Below, piece after piece: positions 1-18,575 of a stretch of 64,000 nucleotides of DNA. The notes under the pieces were generated by a model, which saw only the letters and a list, made by a program, of their open reading frames with translations, was not told the origin of the DNA and searched no databases. The position numbers were made by a program, and so were the translations under genes. The DNA is from the human T2T-CHM13v2.0 reference genome, Homo sapiens. Each line of letters starts with the position of its first letter. The first letter of the stretch is position 1. The stretch lies in assembly GCF_009914755.1 (NCBI RefSeq), contig NC_060946.1; one strand, given 5' to 3'.

Positions 1-77
1 GGGAGCAGCAGCCCACCTCTGGGACTCACTGCACGCACAGCAGGGCCCAGGAGAAGCGGGCTCCGGGCCCTGGCTCA

Positions 78-260
<183 letters not shown>

Positions 261-298
261 TCAGGGAACCCCTATGAACCTGACAGGGCAAGAGCCTA

Positions 299-898
<600 letters not shown>

Positions 899-1663
899 CT
901 ACACTGGGTGCTAAGGTCATCCCCAAACACAGCGGGAAGCCAAGGGGGATGCAAAGGCACTGGGCTTGTCTCTTGGGGAGCCATGCATCTGCCACGGCCA
1001 CCTCACCTTCCTGTCACCTATCTTCAGCCACTCTCGAAGCTCTTATTTCCAAAAAGACTCAATGAAGCTAGTCATGTATTTTGGAATAGTGAGAATTCTA
1101 CTAGCCTGGCTCTAACGAGGGGTGTGAAAACCTGGCTTACGGAATCCTGCTGTCCTATGGTCACAGTTAGAAAAAAAAAAAATCAGTATCTTGAATTCTC
1201 ACTGACCCTGTCATAAGAGCACTCGGCTGGGAGTCAGGAGGCAGAGCTTGGGGCCACCCTGTCACTGTCTGCAGAACCTTGCAGGGTCCCCTCTATATCT
1301 ACGCAGACATCTCAGGAAGGGAGAGCTCCAAAGAACTGCTCTTGATTATAAATACTCCAAAGTTTAGGGATCTCTTCACGTACTTGTATTTCATTTTGTC
1401 TCCTGGTGCACGGGTCTTTCTCATGTAAACCGACCCTCAAGGGAAGCAGCCCCTAGCACTGGAACTCACACCCAGCAGCAATTAAACCAATTGCATCCTC
1501 CAAGGTAAAAAACAAACAAACAAGCCAAACCAAAGTGGCCAGCGATTTGAGATCAGTTTAAGCAAGAGCTAATGTTAAATGTGAAGCCTTCTATTACTGG
1601 ATATAAAAGTGAAGAATACTGACGAAGCCCGTTTCGTATTCCTTCACGGCCAGATTACTATTA

Positions 1664-2052
<389 letters not shown>

Positions 2053-2419
2053 GGGAGTCATCTTTGACCTTATGTACCCACCACAGGGTCAATATTCCTG
2101 GCTACCACAGGTTTCCTGGGCGTGGTAACTTGCAAAAGCCACTCAGGTTGTCCAGAGAAAGGTTAATGTGGCCTCATCATAACTGGCCCTTTTAGCTGAG
2201 TGTGTCCTGGCCCCACCCCCATGGAGCAGACCTTGCCGAGCAACTGTTGAATGAACACACAGATGCCACTTCAGCTTTCAGGTGCACAGACACAGCAGTG
2301 TGCATACCTGAACCTCATGCTAAGACACTCGCAGCCATTCAAGCAGTTTAAGACGCTGTCTTTAGGCATGAAGCTCTAAGGAGGATACAAATTTTTAAAC
2401 AATTTTTGCTGTTTTAAGA

Positions 2420-2700
2420 TTTTTTTTTTTTTTTGAGGCAGGGTCTCACCCTGTCACCCAGGCTGGAGTACAGTGGTGCAATCACAGCTCACTGCAGCCT
2501 TGACCTGTGCTCAAGTGATCCTCCCGCCTCAGCCTCCTGAGCAGCTGGGACTACAGGCATGCACCATCACACCCAGCTGATTTTTTTTTTTTTAATTTTT
2601 TTGTAGAGATGAGGGTCTCCCTATGTTGCCCAGAATGGTCTCAAACTCCTGGACTCAAGCAATCCTCCCGCCTCAGCCTCCCAGATTGCTGGGATTACAG
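2420..2700 (-). mobile_element. Alu (AluJ-like), 5'-truncated
   Basis: Antisense dimer; TSD TGTTTTAAGATTT. Confidence 0.88.
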
Positions 2701-2957
2701 TGTTTTAAGATTTGAATGTGACGTCTCCAAATTCCAGACACAGCCCCTCATTTGCCCAGTTTGCTACTACAGGCCGGCGATAGGCACAGTGCGGGGAACC
2801 TGCCCAGAAGCCCAGGGGCAGATCAGGGAACGGGGGTGTAAGCAGGCAGGAAAAGCCAAGGCAAGGGGGGGGCGCGAGAAAACCTAGGCAGAAGCATTTC
2901 TTGCACAGCTTTGGACGCACCACACACACAAGAGACACCACTCGGGCGGCCAGTCAC

Positions 2958-3020
2958 CTGGTTCTAGGTGGAGAATAGGAAAGCGATGATAGAAATAGGC
3001 TCTCTGAGTGCTCTGCATCT
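2958..3020 (-). CDS. MYH9: Alternative loop-2 cassette exon of MYH9 (IIA2-type insert EMQSTQRAYFYHRFPILHLEP)
   Basis: 63 nt, phase 1-1, no stop; long pyrimidine tract, ctttaac branch site, ttgcag| acceptor, CAG|GTGACT donor; peptide resembles the 21-aa MYH10 B2 insert. Confidence 0.85.
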
Positions 3021-3084
3021 CTGCAACAGAGAGGTTAAAGCAAAACCCAGGCAAAGGAAAAGGAGAAACCAACAGAAAGAATTA

Positions 3085-3555
<471 letters not shown>

Positions 3556-4089
3556 TCAGAGAGGCAGGAGTCACAAGCTGCGCTGGGGACATGTGTGCTC
3601 ACAGGGTCTCCGGAGCACAGGCTAACCCCATGCGTGGAAAAGTCAGAAAACGTGAAGACCCTTTGATCCAGCATTTCCACCCCTAAGAAGGAAGTGGTGA
3701 GGATAAGGGGAGCGAGGCATCAAGACACTCTCTGCGGCGTCTCGTGCAGAGCCAAAACCTCAAAGCAAGGCATGGCCAACAACGGGAGCCTGGCTCTAGA
3801 CATGGCATGGTGGCCACACAGTACCGTGCTGGGTTTCAGCTTTTTTAAAATTTTTAGGTAATATGAACAAAGAAAAACAATCCTGGAAGGACAACAAAAT
3901 GTTACTATTTCTTTTTAGTCATAAGACAAGTAATTTTTGTTTTTTCTTTGTCTTTTTAGAATGTTCACATTTTCTCTGAGTATGTGTCAGTTTCATCTTT
4001 TTGGAAATATATTCTGTTTTTAAATATATTTTTTTAATTGGGCAGCCTCCTAAACTAGAGGGTTCAGAGAGACTCCCAGAAATAGATTC

Positions 4090-4555
4090 CTTTTTTCTCA
4101 TTTTAAATAGAGATAGGGGCTGGGTGCGGTGGCTCATGCCTGTAATCCCAGCACTTTGGGAGGCCAAGGCGGGTGGATCACCTGAGGTCAGGAGTTCGAG
4201 ACCAGCCTGGCCAACATGGCGAAACCCCATCTCTATTAAAAATACAAAAATTAGCCGGGCGTGGTGGCACGTGCCTGTAATCCCAGCTACAGGGCTGTAA
4301 TCTCAGCCCCTAGGGGGGCTGAGGCAGGAGGATCGCTTGAACCTGGGAGACGGAGGTTGCAGTGAGCCGAGATCGCGCCACTGTACTCTAGCCTGGGCAA
4401 CAGAACAAGACTCTGTCTCAAAAAAAAAAAAAAAAAGATAGAGATAGGGTCTCACTATGTTGCCCAAGCTGGTCTCAAACGTCTGGGCTCAAACTGTCTT
4501 CTTGCCTTGGCCTCCCCAAGTGTTGGGATTACAGGCATGAGCCCCTGTGCTCTGC
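4090..4555. mobile_element. Plus-strand Alu (~4118-4436) inserted into an older minus-strand Alu monomer
   Basis: TSD ATAGAGATAGGG flanks the inner Alu, which has a small internal CTGTAATC duplication. Confidence 0.82.
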
Positions 4556-5499
4556 TAAAATATATACTTAACAGAACAAGTAATACAGCATGACATCTTC
4601 ATTGCAAAAGGTCCCAGAACAATACCCAGAGAGCATCAGGGACCTAGGCCTCCCTCTTCCCAACACAAACTGCAGCCCAGAGGTGCTCCCCTCAGTATGC
4701 AAGCGAATGCACGCTGCTGCATCCCAGGGGTGCTCCCCTCAGCATGCAGGCGAATGCATGTTGCTGTTTATCATGAGGTAGGTGATGCCAGTTTCCTTTC
4801 CCCAGGCTCAGACCCTCCCACCCAGGCCAACATCCTTGTCCTTTTAGCGGCCACAGCACAGCCCACGGAAAGACGCACCACAGTTGATGCCATCGTGCAG
4901 GCCCCTTGGTGGGCTTTAGGGTATTCCTAATTATTCAGCATTACAAATAATCCCACAGCAAAAGCCTTCCTGGAAGCTTCTGCAATGATGAGCGTGTGCG
5001 TTTCCCAAAGGTGAGAGTGGAGAAAGGAGGCTCGGGAAACATTCCTTGGTTAATGGTGTAAATCGCTTTTTTGGCTTTATTATTTTTTTCATGGGTAGTT
5101 TAAGACAGTTGCTTCCGCAGCCCCAGGAACCAGCCAAGCTAAATAGAAGAGGACGGCACAGGTGTGCTAGAACCGGGCCTGGACTCCTTGTGGCTTGGGA
5201 ACAGACCTGTGAAAGCTCCCACATCTCCTCGCCAGTCATCACCAACTAGTCACCACCAACAAGGAGATGGCGCAGCCCCTGCCTAATCACAGCAATTAAC
5301 TGTTACGGTCTTTGTGCAGGAAGCACACGATATGCTGAGAAAAACCAGCTTTTGTCTAAGCATGCACCTCTATGGACTAAGTTGGGTCTAAGCCCCAGTC
5401 ACATGCAGACTGGGAAGATGTCTGCTAGGTAAGTGTTGAGGGCAGGTCCACCACTGACTGACTGTGGCAGACTTGGCAACAGCAGCTGTCACCCACAGC

Positions 5500-5711
5500 A
5501 GTGGCAATACCCCGCACCTCCCCCCCCGAAACTAGGACATGTTTGGCGATGTCTGGAGACATTTTGGGTTGTCACAACTAAGGACGGTGCTCCTAACTCT
5601 AGTGGGTAGCAGCCAGGGATGCTGGTAAACATCCTAGCATGCACAGGAGGGTCCCACAACAAAGAATGACCCAGCCCGCAATACCAGGAATGCCGAGGTT
5701 GAGGAGCCCTG
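5500..5711 (+). mobile_element. MER20 (hAT-Charlie)
   Basis: GTCTGGAGACATTTTGGGTTGTCACAAC...GCCAGGGATGCTG...GCCGAGGTTGAG core. Confidence 0.85.
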
Positions 5712-5779
5712 CCCCGGAGCACTGATTCATGCCACATGTTGGGCCTCAAGAGCTTGTTTAATCCACGTAATCCTGTATG

Positions 5780-5900
5780 GTGGGTGGTCATTCTCATTTT
5801 CCAGATGAGGAAACCAAAGATCAGAGAGGTTAAGTAACTGACCCGAAGTCAAACAGCTTATGACTGGCAGAGCTCTATTCAAACTCTGAGCCCATGCCTT
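5780..5900 (-). mobile_element. MIR fragment
   Basis: CATTTTCCAGATGAGGAAAC..CAGAGAGGTTAAGTAACT core. Confidence 0.7.
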
Positions 5901-6199
5901 TAGCCAAAGCTCTGCACCTGGCAGACAGGCCCAACGATAATGCATGATGACAACCAGCCTGGGCACCACGGTGGAGTGTCGCAGGCTTCTAACAGCATGG
6001 AGCAGGTGAAGGGGCTCTGTAAGCTGTGTAAATGATGATGCTGTCACCGGCCACATCACTGGGTGAGTCATTGTGCAAGAACCGTACTCAGGTCACACCC
6101 CTGCGTCCCCAGCAGCTGCCCGGCTCCTGGTCCTAGAGAGCCTCGACTCCACCTCTCCTGTGAAGATCTGGCCAGCACCTCCCCGTGAGTGCTCCTCAC

Positions 6200-6373
6200 C
6201 TTGCCGGCATAGTGGATAATGCAGAAATCAGCTTTGTCCTTCAGCTGCTTGGGCTTCTGGAACTTGGGGTGGGTGCCCTGCTCCTGCATCACCTTCTCCA
6301 CGAAGCTCTTGTCGGTGGCTTTGGGGAACCAGCACTCCTCGTCCAGCAGGGCCAGAATGCCCGGGGGGCCTGC
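6200..6373 (-). CDS. MYH9: MYH9 exon 14 ([18 protein letters not shown]...IIHYAGK)
   Basis: 174 nt; ctccag| and AAG|GTGAGG. Confidence 0.98.
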
Positions 6374-6947
6374 CTGGAGGAAGCGCAGCATCAGCACAGG
6401 TGAGTGCACCCTGGGAGGGGCACCCCACCCTTCAAGAAGCCAAGGCCCGGACATCAGAATCCCCTGAATCCCACAGACGGTGGGCGACACACTCCCCAGG
6501 AGAAGCAAAAGCACTGTTGAAGATTTCTAGCTTCTAAAGAAACCTCTGGGGCCCAGGCTGCGGCTGACACCTTTACCCAAGGATCCATCACGGTGGTTCT
6601 CCAGCATTAGTGAAACCCTCAGTGGGTCTGATGAAAAGTGCACATCCGCTGACCCGCGGGGCCAGAGTCTGACTTCACAGTGCACTGGGGTCTGCCCAGG
6701 AGGCTGCCCTCAACAAGTACCCTGTGATCCTGCCACGGGAGATGCCACCCCACATGCTTTGCGTCTGCATGTCTATGATGAGATGGGATATGTAGGAGGA
6801 GCCCCTTGAGGAAGATAGTCCCAGGGACCCAGCAGCCTTCTGCACACTGAGTTTACAAGGCAAGAAAGCAGGTTTGGACACTGCAGAGAGGCTGACAAAA
6901 CTTGAAGCCCAGTGGGTTCCTATTAGTTGGAAAATTCAACTGATTAA

Positions 6948-7254
<307 letters not shown>

Positions 7255-7334
7255 GGAAATTTTTTTCAAACTGAAAAAACTTTGTCCTAGGCCTTCTGAT
7301 CAATTAACCATAATCAAAAGAAAACCCAGAGACA

Positions 7335-7673
<339 letters not shown>

Positions 7674-8152
7674 TCATACCCCCAACAAGCCTAAAACACA
7701 AACAGGCGACCCAACCTCTACCTGGCAAGAGGTTTAAGTATGAACTCATTGGAAAGGGTTCCTCTTTTCCATCTTCACACAGCTAATGCTGGCGATAAAA
7801 GCACTGCTGCTTGCTGGTTTTATGGGGGGATGAGCTGAGCTTTGGTACGTGTACACCTGGGCAGAGCACTCAATGCCCAGGGTCTGCACTGTTCCATGCT
7901 ACAGTGAAAGCAGCCCGCGATAGGGCCTTACTACATCCATGCATGGCTGTTTCTTTAAGACAAAGAAATGCTTATCGAGCCCAGCCTTCAGGAGGATGCT
8001 GGGTGGTCTTCTGGGACTGAAAACAGGATGCTAGGGCCCCCGCCACATATGCACCTGGTCCGGCAGCTGGGAAAAGCCCAGCCCACAGCTGCAGCCCAGA
8101 GCATCTCCTCTAATGGAGGCACCCACCCAGGCCTCCCAGGCACTGGATCTCA

Positions 8153-8494
<342 letters not shown>

Positions 8495-8794
8495 TCAGAG
8501 AGACGCCAACCCTGCACTAAAGAGGCCCAGACACCCCTTGAGAAGGAGGGTGGGGCAGGGATACAGGAAGGGCCTCCTTGGGCACCTCCATGCCGCTGCC
8601 TTTAGAGCCCGGATGCTCCTGGCCTTCCATTTATCCACCCAGCAGTGGGCGACATTTACTCTTTGGAGCCAGTGACCGCGGGCAGTCTGGTAAAGCCTTT
8701 TCAGAATAGTGCTTTAAATTGCATCCAATAGATTACAAAGAAAGTAGTTATTTTGAAATATAATCATCAAAATATTGTGATCGAGTAATACATT

Positions 8795-9238
8795 GTTTTT
8801 TATTTTTATTTTTTATTTTTTGAGACACAGTCTCATTCTGTCACCCAGGCTGGAGTACAATGGCGCAATCTCAGCTCACTGCAGCCTCCGCTTCCTGGGC
8901 TCAAGTGATCCTCCCAGCTTAGCCTCCCTAGTAGCTGGGACCCCAGGCACACACTATGGTACATGGCTAATATTGGTATTTTTTGTAGAAATGGGGTTTC
9001 ACCATGCTGCTCAGGCTGGTCTTGAACCCCTGAGCTCAAGCAATTCTTCTGCCTCAACCTCTCGAAGTGCTGGGACTACAGGTGTGAGCCACTGCACCAG
9101 GCCCTTCTATTTTTTTATTGAAGAGATGGGGCCTTGCTTTGCTGCCCAGGCTGGTCTCAAACTCCTGACTTCAAATGATTCTCTTGCCTCAGCCTTCCAA
9201 AGTGCTGGGATTACAGGAGTGAGCCACCGCACCCGGCC
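8795..9238 (-). mobile_element. AluJ-like dimer plus adjacent left monomer (FLAM-like)
   Basis: Two tandem antisense Alu units. Confidence 0.82.
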
Positions 9239-9592
9239 TCTGTGCTTCCTTATTAACAAGAACTAGCCATGGGCTTAATAACTTCCAAAATTTTGAGGTA
9301 GCGATGCATAAATGACACTACCAGATCTCTGCAACAACCGGAATGTAACACGAAAACATCTGATTTCTATTGGTGACAGATCACAAGTACTGCTAATACA
9401 ACTGTGGTTTGTATAGTTTGTTCAGTTCGCAACTGGAAAAAATACATGATTTCAATGAGAGGTTAGTAAAAGATAAAGATGTAATTTTCTCATCCCAGCT
9501 CATGGCTCCTCTCAAACCTCCCGTGGACTCCAGGTTAAGAACCTCTAATCTACTGTAAGTATCGGTTTCCCTACTAGACCTCAAAGTCGTCA

Positions 9593-9989
<397 letters not shown>

Positions 9990-9996
9990 CTAACTG

Positions 9997-10883
<887 letters not shown>

Positions 10884-11109
10884 CTATGCCCCAGTAATTT
10901 CACTTTTAGAGTCCTCCCGCTAGAGGAACAGCCCTAAGTATGTGGGGGAAAAAAAAAAATCTTCGTACACAAATATGTTCACTGTGGTGTTATTTAAAAT
11001 GATGAAAAGTACAAACAACCTAATATCTAACAATATGGGGACAATAAACTTAGATCTTTTGAAATAAAATGGGGACACACTAAAGGATTTACAGAAAAAG
11101 TGATGCTTC

Positions 11110-11335
11110 AAAATAAGGCAGTGGTCTATGGCCGTACCACCCTAAATGCACCCGATCTCATCAAAATAAGGCAGCAGTCTACGGCCATACCACCCTAAAC
11201 GCGCCCAATCTCATCAAAATAAGGCAGCAGTCTACGGCCATACCACCCTAAACGCGCCCGATCTCATCAAAATAAGGCAGCAGTCTACGGCCATACCACC
11301 CTAAACGCGCCCGATCTCATCAAAATAAGGCAGTG
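11110..11335 (+). pseudogene. Tandem array (4 x 53 bp) of a 3'-truncated 5S rRNA pseudogene fragment plus its 14-bp target-site duplication
   Basis: 39-nt unit GTCTACGGCCATACCACCCTAAACGCGCCCGATCTCATC matches the 5' end of 5S rRNA; copies at 11124, 11177, 11230, 11283, separated and flanked by AAAATAAGGCAG(TG/CA). Confidence 0.92.
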
Positions 11336-12245
11336 GGCAGAGGGGCAGGGGGAGATAAGACAAACGATGAGCCAAGACTCGCCGTGAGTTAGTAACTGCT
11401 GAAGCCGCCTACGTGATGGGCACGTGGGGCTCTTTACACTCTCCCCTCTTCTTTGTTTTGCACATTTGCAAAGCTCTGTAATTAAAAGCCAGAAGGAGAA
11501 CTAAGTTTAATTCTTTTTTTTTTTTAAGTCTTGTAGGAAAGAGCTGCCCAATGATATTCATCACTGGGAATTGTTTTCCTTCTCTCGATTTTTCTGTATT
11601 AAGAGTCATGTAGTATTTTTGTAATAGAAAATGGAGGTTTCTCCTTAATGGTCAGGGAAACGAACAGGTGGCAGGAATAATACGCGATGTCTTTTGAAAA
11701 CAACAGTCTTGTCTTTCATGCAATGCTTCTGCACAGAAACAGCCGTGAGCTGTCAGTGTACAGTGAATGGGAGAAAGACTAACAAAATGAGCTTCCAAGT
11801 ATTTTTGAGAGATGGGTTTGGCACCCTAAAAACCCCCATGGCCAGCACCATAAAAGAAACTAGAAACCCCGGAGAGAGGCAGAAAGCGGTCCGCACTGGG
11901 CGGGACCTCCACTCCAGGGGCAGGCAGGCACATCAGTCTGGCAGGAAGGAGCAAGCGCTGCTGCTCGTCTCTCAGCACACGTGGCAAGCCCAAGGCAGCA
12001 GGTGGTAGAGAAACAGCCGCTTGGCACAGGCTCGAGGATGGCGGGAGCCGCCACCCTGGCACCAGAAGGAGTTCAGCTACAGTGGCATCAAGTTCCTGCT
12101 TTTATACCAGACAGGACATGCCTATATCCTTGATGACCAATCAGCCAAAATACCATCTCAATGTAAAGAGGCACAATGCAGTCTCAGGATGGCACTTCCT
12201 GGGCGTGAAGCCTTGAGTGTGCCATGAAGCTTCTCCAGTGCTCTA

Positions 12246-12542
<297 letters not shown>

Positions 12543-12974
12543 TCAGAGAATAAGAGAGGGACAAAAAGTCCTAATTAGACCCAAGAGAGAAAGTTCTAAT
12601 TAGACCCAAGAGAATAAGTCCCTCTGCTTGACTTGGGAGCAGAGAGGAAGAAAGCCACGGGGTGAATGAGCAATCATTACCAGGACAACCGCATCTGGGC
12701 CCTTCTTTAGCAGGGCCACAGACACCTAGCACCCCCCAGACTCAGCAGCCACATACAGGTCAGTGGGCAGGGCAGCTGTACCTCCCCTGAGCCCCACGGG
12801 GCAGAGAGGAAGGCGTCCTGACTGGAGGCCACAGCGGCAGCAGTGGTTCCTCTGTCCACTCTCAGCCGCACTCCTCAGAGTGTAAAAGCAGGTCCCTACC
12901 CACCAATGGGGCTGAGAGGAGCAGGCCAACCTGGTGCTGGGGCACGGAACAGCACAGGATCCCACAGGAATGTC

Positions 12975-13268
<294 letters not shown>

Positions 13269-13645
13269 AGGAGTGTCTTTTACAATCCACACACCCATGC
13301 GTTACATCTTTAGAGAGACCCTAAGGAGGGCACATTAAGACTGAATAACTTGCATGGGGTCATTTGCAGCAACCCTAACAAAGGGGCTGAATCGGGTGTG
13401 GCAAGGACATAATTTCAAGATCTCGACATAGTCACGGGCAAGGCTCCCATTAAGGAGGAGCTACGGCAGAAATCATTGGTGTCCTGACGAATGGTTTGGT
13501 CTCAGGAATGAATAAGGGAAGCCCTGGTCCACATGATCACAAGTTTAAGTTATTCTGAAATGCTTACTTGGTGAGAAAAAAAAGCAGGGTCATGTTTACG
13601 TGTGTTTTACATCTGTATAGAAAATACCGACAGATACTAACATTA

Positions 13646-13882
<237 letters not shown>

Positions 13883-14202
13883 TCATGGTGATTCCCGGGG
13901 GTGGGGGCCACTCATCTAGGGATCCTCAAGCCAGACAAGCCAAGCAGGGACACCCCCCAACTCCCTGGGGCCACAGGGGCGCCAGGTCTGCGTCTAACGG
14001 TGTGCGGTGGGCCCAGCCACCCTAGAGGGCTCACCCCTCCTGGCCGACATGGCCTGTCCGCACTGCCATTCATGCTGGGCTTCACCAGCACAAAGCACCC
14101 ATCTATCCCCAGCTTCTTCCACACTCCCCGAGACAGGACGTGAATATTCTACTTTCAGCAAATGGCAAGGGCTGTGCAGTGGACCCGAGCCCTGGGCAGT
14201 TA

Positions 14203-14640
<438 letters not shown>

Positions 14641-15004
14641 TCAAAGGTTGGAGAGACTGGGACAGACCCTGAGCCCTGACGCACCCTGGAAACCGCAGAG
14701 TAGCCAGTGACGTTCAGCTTTCCTCAGTGTCTGAGACTCTGACACTCCCGTCTCCTGGCCCAGGAGAGCGCCAGGTCCTGTGATTTGCAGCTACATGTGC
14801 AACCCACCCTAGCTTTTCTCTGGCATGGTCAGAAACAGAAGACCAAGTCCTTAGGATGGCGCAGAGAACAGGAGTCACTCTCACTTCTCCCCGTTAAACC
14901 CAAGGCCAAAAGTTTTCATTTCCCAAATGATGTCTACGGTCCAATTCTGGCAAGAGGCCCAGAGCCCGGCAGCCCCGGTGTCAGGCTGCAGGCCAACTAC
15001 TCAC

Positions 15005-16028
<1,024 letters not shown>

Positions 16029-16635
16029 CTAAGTAAGAAAGGATAGCAAGAGATCAGAGGTGCCCCTGACATGGGGAGCTAGAGAGCACGGGGGAGACCA
16101 CAGCCCCCCGCCCCACCTCCGGTGGGCACAGCTTGGAGGGAGAAAACCCAGAGACGGGACCCATGTACCAGGCCAGGGGCCCCCTACGCCCACACCACAC
16201 GGGACCTCGGGACTCAGGCGCCACACTGCCTAAGGCCATGAGCCTGAGACAAGCTGATCCCACACCCAGGTTCCTCCGCAGAGGGGGAAAGAGACCAGTT
16301 ATGTGGAAGTGTTCCTCTCTGCCTGACCCGGGAACTAACTGGCTACTGGTGACAGCTGAGCACTCTGGGGCACAGCAGGCAGCGCCCTCACTGGCCTTTC
16401 CACCTCTCATGAGGGAGGCTGAAGAAGCTACTCGTGGCCTTCGTCCTTAAGAGGGGCAGGGCAGGTCCACACCAACTGGCATTCGGTCTGGCCTAGTCCA
16501 CACGACAGGCCAGATAGCACCGAGTCTGAACCGTCCTCGGTTTTGAGGGGAGGGCACCCAGGAAAAGGCAGCATGAGCCAAAGCTCCGGGCAAGGCCCTC
16601 TGTCCCCAGAGCCGGGGCGCCGCCGCGCTACTCAC

Positions 16636-16728
16636 GAAGCGGGAGGAGTTGTCATTCTTCACGGTCTTGGCGTTCCCGAAGGCCTCCAGGATGGGGTTGG
16701 CCTGCAGCAGCTGCCGCTCCAGCTCGCC
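16636..16728 (-). CDS. MYH9: MYH9 exon 6 ([31 protein letters not shown]; switch I)
   Basis: 93 nt; ttgcag| and |gtgagt; peptide visible in ORF 16447..16908. Confidence 0.98.
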
Positions 16729-18575
16729 CTGCAAGGAACCCAGGGACGCAGTGAAGGCCGGGCAGCGACCTGGGCTGCCGAGCCTGCCCTGCCTGGAAGG
16801 GGGACGATGGCAGAGCCGTGTCAGCATGTCCAACGTGCCAGGAACAGAGGTTTCCGGGTGGGCTCCAGTGTGCGACTCCAACCAAGGCCAGGCCCCGGTA
16901 TCATCCAAGTGCGGCCTTCCCGCCAGGCTTTGGAAACCTTGGTCAGTTTGAACTTACTTCCATGGCCCTGGAAACGGCAGGCAGGAAGCTCCCTCAGCTC
17001 TAGGAACCTGGCCCTGGACGACCCATGTGAAAGCAGCACTTAAACTAGGGAGCCGGCGGCACAGACACCCTGGGACAGTGTCTCCACCCTGTATACACCA
17101 GCTTCCCTCTACCTCCTTGCCTCTAATCCTCACATTTTTATTCCTTTTCATAGGAAAAGCAAATGAGGGGATCAGATCTGGAAAATATACACGCTCATCT
17201 CATCTGTGTCCTGATAAATGCTTCACTTTCTGTACCAGCCCCTCCACTGCCGCGTCCAAAACCACCATGACAGGCAGTGAGCACGGGATCCATGAGGCCC
17301 ACTTTGGGCTCCAGGCTGTTTACTGAGAATGTCAATAAATCCTACTGTGAACTCCAGGGTGCTTTGTGGTAGACAAAATGCACCCTTGTGCCTTCTTATC
17401 CCTGGATCCCCACCATACTCACGGGGCAGGACAGAGCAGCCCCATTTCACAGAAGAGGAAGCTGAGGCCAAGGGAGGGGTGCTCAAGGTCATCCAGCTAT
17501 CAATCCGCAGAGCGGGGTGGCGGAATTCCAGTCCCCTCCCTAACCTGTCAGCCACTGCCCTGTCTTCGCACCTGTGCAACAGGCCCATGCCACCAGGGAC
17601 TAACTAACGCTGGCTAAGGAAACTAGGGAGTTGGTTCCCCTTAATGCCTGAGTGCCCTCTGGGGGAAAGAACGTCACACAAGGGCCAGGCAAGCCTTTGT
17701 ATTTATTAAAGACTGGAGGCAAGCCAGGGTTTTCCGGGAACAGCAGCCGCCTGTGAGTGATGACAAGGAGAACTAGGAGGAGTAGGAGCTCCCAGGAGAG
17801 CCATGGACCCTGGCCTTACAAGCACACCTGCCACAGACGAGACCCATCTGCAGGGCACCGGGGACACTCTGGAGTCTAGCCGAGCCAGATTGGAAGCCCA
17901 CCTGAGACCACAAGGGACACAGCAGAGACTCTTCCTCTGGCAGCCCTCCTAGGCCAGGACCCCCCAACCCAGGGCTAGGAAGCCTTCCGCTTGTGAACCA
18001 TCCAGACAAGTGAGGGCATTGCTCTAGTGCCCGCCCCTGAAGGAGGGTCAGCAGGGCCAGGTCAGAGGGCAGGGGTCAAGCCCACAGAGCAGGCTCTACG
18101 TGTGCGCTGGGCACCAGTGGTAACTGGACACCGGGCTTCCACCCACAGGCCTCGGGCGGGCCTGGGAAGTCGGCTGAGGCAGCCCACGGAGCCAGACTTG
18201 GACGAGAATGGCTCCCCCACCCACTACGCCGTTCCTCTCAGAGCACAGGCCAGGCTGCCAGGCTGGCTGAACCGCTCCCATTCCCGCAGACAGAAGGGAG
18301 CGCGGCCCCTCCATTGCCTGTGCTCGCCCTGGCTGGGAGGCGAACTGAGGCCTCTGTTTGGGACCACACGCTGTTGCCGTGGAAAGTGGGGCCGCGGGGC
18401 CAAGTCGGGAGCAGCCACTTCAGATTCCAGAGCTGTGTTCCCTGCTGACAACAGTGATGACTAACCTATGGCTTTTTCTCTACTGACATCTAATTGGGCA
18501 CAGAAGAGATTTTAATTTTTCAATGAAATCTGCGTAACATGAAATGATGCGGTACTGTATGAGGTTTGGGGTTAC

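Noticed and set aside
4676-4769. 47-bp tandem duplication in intron 14
   Set aside because: Real but diverged two-copy repeat far from splice sites; no function evident
6370-6375. Tandem acceptor CAG-GCAG at exon 14
   Set aside because: 4-nt offset would frameshift; not a NAGNAG; no evidence of use
11110-11335. CRISPR-like repeat-spacer appearance
   Set aside because: Spacers are near-identical rather than unique, the repeat is 5S rRNA-derived, the DNA is human and there are no cas genes
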